Source of the DNA: Bacteroidota bacterium
GTDB taxonomy: Bacteria; Bacteroidota; Bacteroidia; Flavobacteriales; Weeksellaceae
NCBI GenBank assembly: GCA_023399595.1
Contig: JAEWOR010000006.1
Coordinates: 3,176 to 67,175 of the forward strand
Direction of reading: 5' to 3'
DNA: 64,000 nt
Part shown: positions 59,939 to 64,000 of the stretch, in pieces
Numbering within the stretch: position 1 is the stretch's first letter
Layout of the letters: every line of letters begins with the position of its first letter
The notes under the pieces: model-generated
The model's input: the letters and a program-made list of their open reading frames with translations, nothing else
Databases searched by the model: none
Told to the model about the DNA's origin: nothing
Program-made: the position numbers and the translations under genes

Positions 59939-60469
59939 ATGAATACTTACGGACAAAATAAACTTAATAAAAACGACGTTAGAAGCGGGATTTTTCGTTT
60001 TCTTTTGTCATTCATTGTTCTTGCATTTATTTCTTTTTTATGTGTTTTTTTATTTTATAAATCCTCCGATATACAAACGAAACAAACTAAAATAAAAGCC
60101 AACAAGTACATGGAAATGCAACGTGTTGTCTACCAATTAAACTCGAAGCTTACAAGAATAATAGGCAATATGGCTAACCTAAATAATGGAACCGAAGGTG
60201 ACTATTCAAATGCAAGTGCTTATATTAGTAAAGACATCAAGGATTGTAAAGCTTTAATTGGAAAAGATACCGCTGAATACAAGCAATACACTTCTTTAAT
60301 AAAAGAGATTGAAAGAAATATCTTGCCTCATAAAAAACAAATATTAGCTTCGAATGAAAAATTAATGAAAGTGAATAATCGATTAGCAGATTGTGAAGCT
60401 ACAACAAGGAAACTTTCAAGAAAAAAACTTTCACCTCTTCAAGAAAGAGAATTAAGAAATAGAAAATAA
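59939..60469 (+). CDS. T6SS-iii single-TM coiled-coil membrane-complex protein (TssO/TssQ-like)
   Basis: One N-terminal TM, periplasmic coiled coil with a Cys near the end; position before tssP/tssR. Confidence 0.65.
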   Translation: MNTYGQNKLNKNDVRSGIFRFLLSFIVLAFISFLCVFLFYKSSDIQTKQTKIKANKYMEMQRVVYQLNSKLTRIIGNMANLNNGTEGDYSNASAYISKDIKDCKALIGKDTAEYKQYTSLIKEIERNILPHKKQILASNEKLMKVNNRLADCEATTRKLSRKKLSPLQERELRNRK

Positions 60470-60473
60470 CAAA

Positions 60474-60965
60474 ATGCAGGAACAAATAACTTTATCCAAC
60501 GCCGAAAAAAAGCACTATTTTTTCTATCTACTAGGAATGCTATTATTTGCCGTAGCATTATTGAGCATTATATTTCTTTACAATGCGAATTCTCCTTTTA
60601 AAAATAAAAGTGACGAACTAGTAGATTCTTCGAACTTAAAGATAAAAGGTAATTATGAAAAAAACATGCTTAAAATTACACCAACAATAGATAGCACTTT
60701 TGCCAACATTAAGCAGATTGATCCCGATAAAAATGAACGAATATCAATTGGTGACGAGGTAAGCTTAAAGATTGCTTCCATCAACCAGTTTACTATAGAC
60801 AACCCATCTCAAGATCCAAGGATGGAGGTTTATAAACATATAGAATATTTTAGCAGAATGTTTGTTGATGACAAAAACCAAGTCATTAGTACAAGAAAAA
60901 AAATTGTAGATATTGAAAATGATATTCAAGAATGCAATATGTATAATAGCACTTTAAATAAATAA
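60474..60965 (+). CDS. tssO: T6SS-iii single-TM coiled-coil membrane-complex protein (TssO-like)
   Basis: One TM, helical domain ending DKN......I..IENDIQEC. Confidence 0.6.
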   Translation: MQEQITLSNAEKKHYFFYLLGMLLFAVALLSIIFLYNANSPFKNKSDELVDSSNLKIKGNYEKNMLKITPTIDSTFANIKQIDPDKNERISIGDEVSLKIASINQFTIDNPSQDPRMEVYKHIEYFSRMFVDDKNQVISTRKKIVDIENDIQECNMYNSTLNK

Positions 60966-61004
60966 ATAATAAATACACATAAAAAAACCAAAAAAAACTT
61001 TACG

Positions 61005-61916
61005 ATGAATTATATTCAGAAAAACAAGCAAAATATTTTTATTGCTGTAATAGCTTTATTTTTAATTGCAGCAATGATTGCACTTTGGATTCAGCAAAAA
61101 AACAATTTCAGCTCAGAAGATATTTTAGCTTCTGTAACCCCTCAAACAGTTACTGTAGGCGAATTGGTAAATTATGAAGACACTACTCCTTTTACGAAAA
61201 GTTTAATTTGGAGCTTTGCCGATCAAACCACTTCCACACAAAGAAAAGGAACCCATATTTTCCAAAAGGAAGGTGTTTACAATGTTAGTCTTGTCATTAA
61301 TAACAAATACACCAAAACATTTCCTGTTGTTGTAAATCCTAGACCTACAGCAAAAGATACTATAAAATCTAGAGCAACCATTGATGCTCCCATACAAGCA
61401 CGCCAATTTGAAAGTGTAAGCTTTAGAGCCAATTCTTTAACCGCTAAAGAATATGAATGGAAATTTGGAGAAAGTGGAATGATAGATTCCCAAGAAAGAA
61501 CACCTTCTTACATGTATAAAAAGACAGGTCCTTATGAAGTGCAGTTAATAGTAGACAGAGATTATGAAAACCCGATAAGACATTATATAACAATTGTCCC
61601 TTCTGTACAAGATTTACCAGAGGTAGAAGTAGCTTCAGTAGACGATATTATCAAAAAAATAAATGATGACTTTAAATACCACTTGCAACAAATTGCTTCT
61701 GGTAATAATTTCAACACACATTATAATTATTTGTTAGACAAATACCTTTGTAGAAAGGATAATGTTCCGACAACCGTAAACGACACAAAACAAAGTTTCT
61801 ACTACTATTGTACTGGACTTCAGTTCGACAAAAATAATCATATTGATGAAGTGGTTGTTACCTATGACAACAGTCAAAATTGTGTAATAAAAGTAGATGT
61901 AAAACAGAGTAAATAA
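61005..61916 (+). CDS. tssP: T6SS-iii PKD-domain protein TssP
   Basis: N-terminal TM, two PKD repeats (WSFAD..H.F..EGVYNV; WKFGE..Y.Y..TGPYEV). Confidence 0.8.
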   Translation: MNYIQKNKQNIFIAVIALFLIAAMIALWIQQKNNFSSEDILASVTPQTVTVGELVNYEDTTPFTKSLIWSFADQTTSTQRKGTHIFQKEGVYNVSLVINNKYTKTFPVVVNPRPTAKDTIKSRATIDAPIQARQFESVSFRANSLTAKEYEWKFGESGMIDSQERTPSYMYKKTGPYEVQLIVDRDYENPIRHYITIVPSVQDLPEVEVASVDDIIKKINDDFKYHLQQIASGNNFNTHYNYLLDKYLCRKDNVPTTVNDTKQSFYYYCTGLQFDKNNHIDEVVVTYDNSQNCVIKVDVKQSK

Positions 61917-61925
61917 AAAACACCT

Positions 61926-64000
61926 ATGAAAATTAAAACATCAACTACATATCTTATTTTATCTTCTGTAATACTTGCAAGCTGTAACGTAAGACTTCCT
62001 TCAGAAAAAACACCGTCTCCAACCGCTTATGGAGTTATAAACAACACTCCAGTTATTAATGGTTTCCCTAAAAACAGCGAACCTTGGGTGGTAATCTCTG
62101 AAAGAGCTAAAAATACGGTAAACGTAAACAAAGGTGATATAAGATCTCCCAAAGAAATTAAATTTCTAGAGCCTTTAATGGTAATGAAATACAATGAGTC
62201 TAAAAAAATGGTAAAAGTTGCGGAATACAATCCCAATGCATTGATGCAAAAATTACCGTCAAGCTCAGTAAAAACCTATGGTTGGATTCCTGAAGATCAA
62301 GTTTTATTGTGGAGAAACGCACTGAAAAGTCAAGAAAATGGCTTTACTATTAAAGCGACATTAGCACCTAATAATATTGATGTGATTAATGGTGCTGAAA
62401 AATACTTGAAAAATGATTCTGTCATTATTTTTGATGCACCAGATCTTAGCAAACCCGTACCCACAAAACTTCCTGTTGGGAAAATGGTGTACATTTACAA
62501 ACAATCTGACAACAACAAAAGATTCTTAATAGGAAAATCTCCGCAAATAAATATTGATAGCATTCAGAATAATATTTATGGTTGGGTAGCTTCTAATATG
62601 GTGACGTATTGGGGTGAAAGATCTGCTTTGAAAATTGCTGACAATTATAAGTACGAAGCCGATAACACTTTAGGAATTTATAATATTAACAACACTTCTC
62701 CTGAAGCAAAACCTGAAGTATTGCTTACAGATGCTATTAATAGAAAAGCAATGGAAAACGTATTTCCTATTTCTTTAATCGCAAATAAAAACGGAGAATT
62801 GAATACTAAAACGAGATTCTTCAACAACGTTTTCAATTACAACAACAATTTCGTTTACAATGCTTTGGGTGAACCTTTGTATTATGACAGATACAAAGAA
62901 GTAATTAAGAAGAATAAAAACTTAAATATTGTTTTCACCATTGATATCAGCAGTGAAAATGCGCAAAGTACATCTATTGCCAAAACGGTATTCCAAAATA
63001 TTCAGGTGAACCTAGATAAATTTAGCTATTATGATAACGTAAAATACGGAGTTGTTCTTTATAAAAACAATTCATGTGGAGACAACGTTGTAGTATCTGA
63101 ACTTTCTAATGATTACAGTGATTTATCTAAATTTATAGACCAAAAATCCTCAGAATCAAGATGTAATTCAGCAGGAGATCAACCTTTACAAGAAGGTCTT
63201 GCAGCTGCAGGGGGTTTACTATCTACCGTTCCTGATGAAACAAATATCGTTGTAGTAATCGGTTCTACAGCGCCCGCAAATGTAGGTATCCAAAGTGCAA
63301 TTAGACAGCTAACACAAGCTAGAGCTAAAATTATTTCTTATCAAACAGTATCTCGTTCTTCTACAGGATACAACAACTTTGTTCTAGTTTCTGAAAATAT
63401 TGTAACAAATTCTGCTAAAAGTATTTCTGAAGAAAAGAAAAGAATTATTGTCGACCAGAAAGATGTGGTGAATAAAAACAATTACAATCTTCAAAAATCT
63501 TCTGATGGATATTATTCATTAGATTATCCTAAAACAAGTATGGTTCAGGGCTATGTTATTTATCCTAAAAAAGGAGATATTAACACTCATGCTTTATTGG
63601 TAAAATCTATTGACAGTATTGTAGCACAAGTAACTCATGAAAACAAACAGGTTGATGCTTCTTTAAAAGAGCATTTTAAATCTAATATTGGCGTTTCAAA
63701 AACGGAGTTAAAACCAGAATATCGTTATTCATATCTTGATGCTCCTAATCCTATACCATATGAAGCTGCATCTCAGTTTTTAGTATATGAATATCCTTTC
63801 TTAGTGGAAGGTAAATTTAAGCCAGAGATGAGAGATTATAGCCCTGGTGTTGAAAAAGGAATTCTAGTTTCTTCAGCTGAATATGATCAATTAAGAGATT
63901 TTTACAGAAAAATTTATCAAGAAACCATTTTAAATAATCGAAACTTCTCTCAATCTTCTGCTGTAAGTGCGTATGTGAAGCTTTTAAAACAGAATTATAA
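61926..64000 (+). CDS. tssR: T6SS-iii lipoprotein TssR (truncated by the window end)
   Basis: Not in the ORF track. Read manually from ATG 61926: MKIKTSTTYLILSSVILASC (lipobox)...PWVVISER...YGWIPEDQVLLW...NIVFTIDIS (vWA-like); no in-frame stop seen before the edge. Confidence 0.82.
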   Translation, partial: MKIKTSTTYLILSSVILASCNVRLPSEKTPSPTAYGVINNTPVINGFPKNSEPWVVISERAKNTVNVNKGDIRSPKEIKFLEPLMVMKYNESKKMVKVAEYNPNALMQKLPSSSVKTYGWIPEDQVLLWRNALKSQENGFTIKATLAPNNIDVINGAEKYLKNDSVIIFDAPDLSKPVPTKLPVGKMVYIYKQSDNNKRFLIGKSPQINIDSIQNNIYGWVASNMVTYWGERSALKIADNYKYEADNTLGIYNINNTSPEAKPEVLLTDAINRKAMENVFPISLIANKNGELNTKTRFFNNVFNYNNNFVYNALGEPLYYDRYKEVIKKNKNLNIVFTIDISSENAQSTSIAKTVFQNIQVNLDKFSYYDNVKYGVVLYKNNSCGDNVVVSELSNDYSDLSKFIDQKSSESRCNSAGDQPLQEGLAAAGGLLSTVPDETNIVVVIGSTAPANVGIQSAIRQLTQARAKIISYQTVSRSSTGYNNFVLVSENIVTNSAKSISEEKKRIIVDQKDVVNKNNYNLQKSSDGYYSLDYPKTSMVQGYVIYPKKGDINTHALLVKSIDSIVAQVTHENKQVDASLKEHFKSNIGVSKTELKPEYRYSYLDAPNPIPYEAASQFLVYEYPFLVEGKFKPEMRDYSPGVEKGILVSSAEYDQLRDFYRKIYQETILNNRNFSQSSAVSAYVKLLKQNY

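Noticed and set aside
1..64000. tRNA, rRNA, riboswitch, prophage or CRISPR-Cas features
   Set aside because: None recognised; intergenic regions are short and AT-rich. A covariance-model search was not possible.

Overview
AT-rich Bacteroidota chromosome segment, most likely Weeksellaceae (Chryseobacterium/Cloacibacterium-like), judged from TAnnTTTG promoters, T9SS genes, a GLPGLI protein and a T6SS-iii locus. Bases 1-32 kb are mostly core genes: sodC, a TonB receptor/LytTR two-component module, tsaB, recN, coaBC, rpoZ, bamD, tatD-tcdA-rnpA, gdhA, dprA, sprE/porW, maf, kdsC and an ECF sigma cluster. Next come a glycine-zipper gene with a decayed paralogue, lepA, class I and class II fumarases, and a sufA-sufB-sufC-sufD operon. 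From 48.2 kb to the right edge lies a Bacteroidota type VI secretion (T6SS-iii) locus: tssC, B, K, N, G, F, E, a lytic transglycosylase and tssH, then divergently an atypical LuxR regulator, two tssO/Q-like genes, tssP and a truncated tssR. The most striking observation is in the suf operon. Each of its three internal junctions carries a different four-helix-bundle (23S rRNA IVP/Avd-like) gene. Each is bracketed by its own 7-8 bp tandem micro-repeat array, in inverted orientation on the two sides, so the mRNA could fold each cassette into a stem-loop whose arms abut the start codons. Other leads: a paralogous membrane-protein pair with opposite charge bias, a T6SS regulator with an aspartate-less receiver, a shared palindromic operator at the fumarase and suf promoters, and LytTR-type direct repeats. 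All calls come from reading the sequence and translations; no searches were run.
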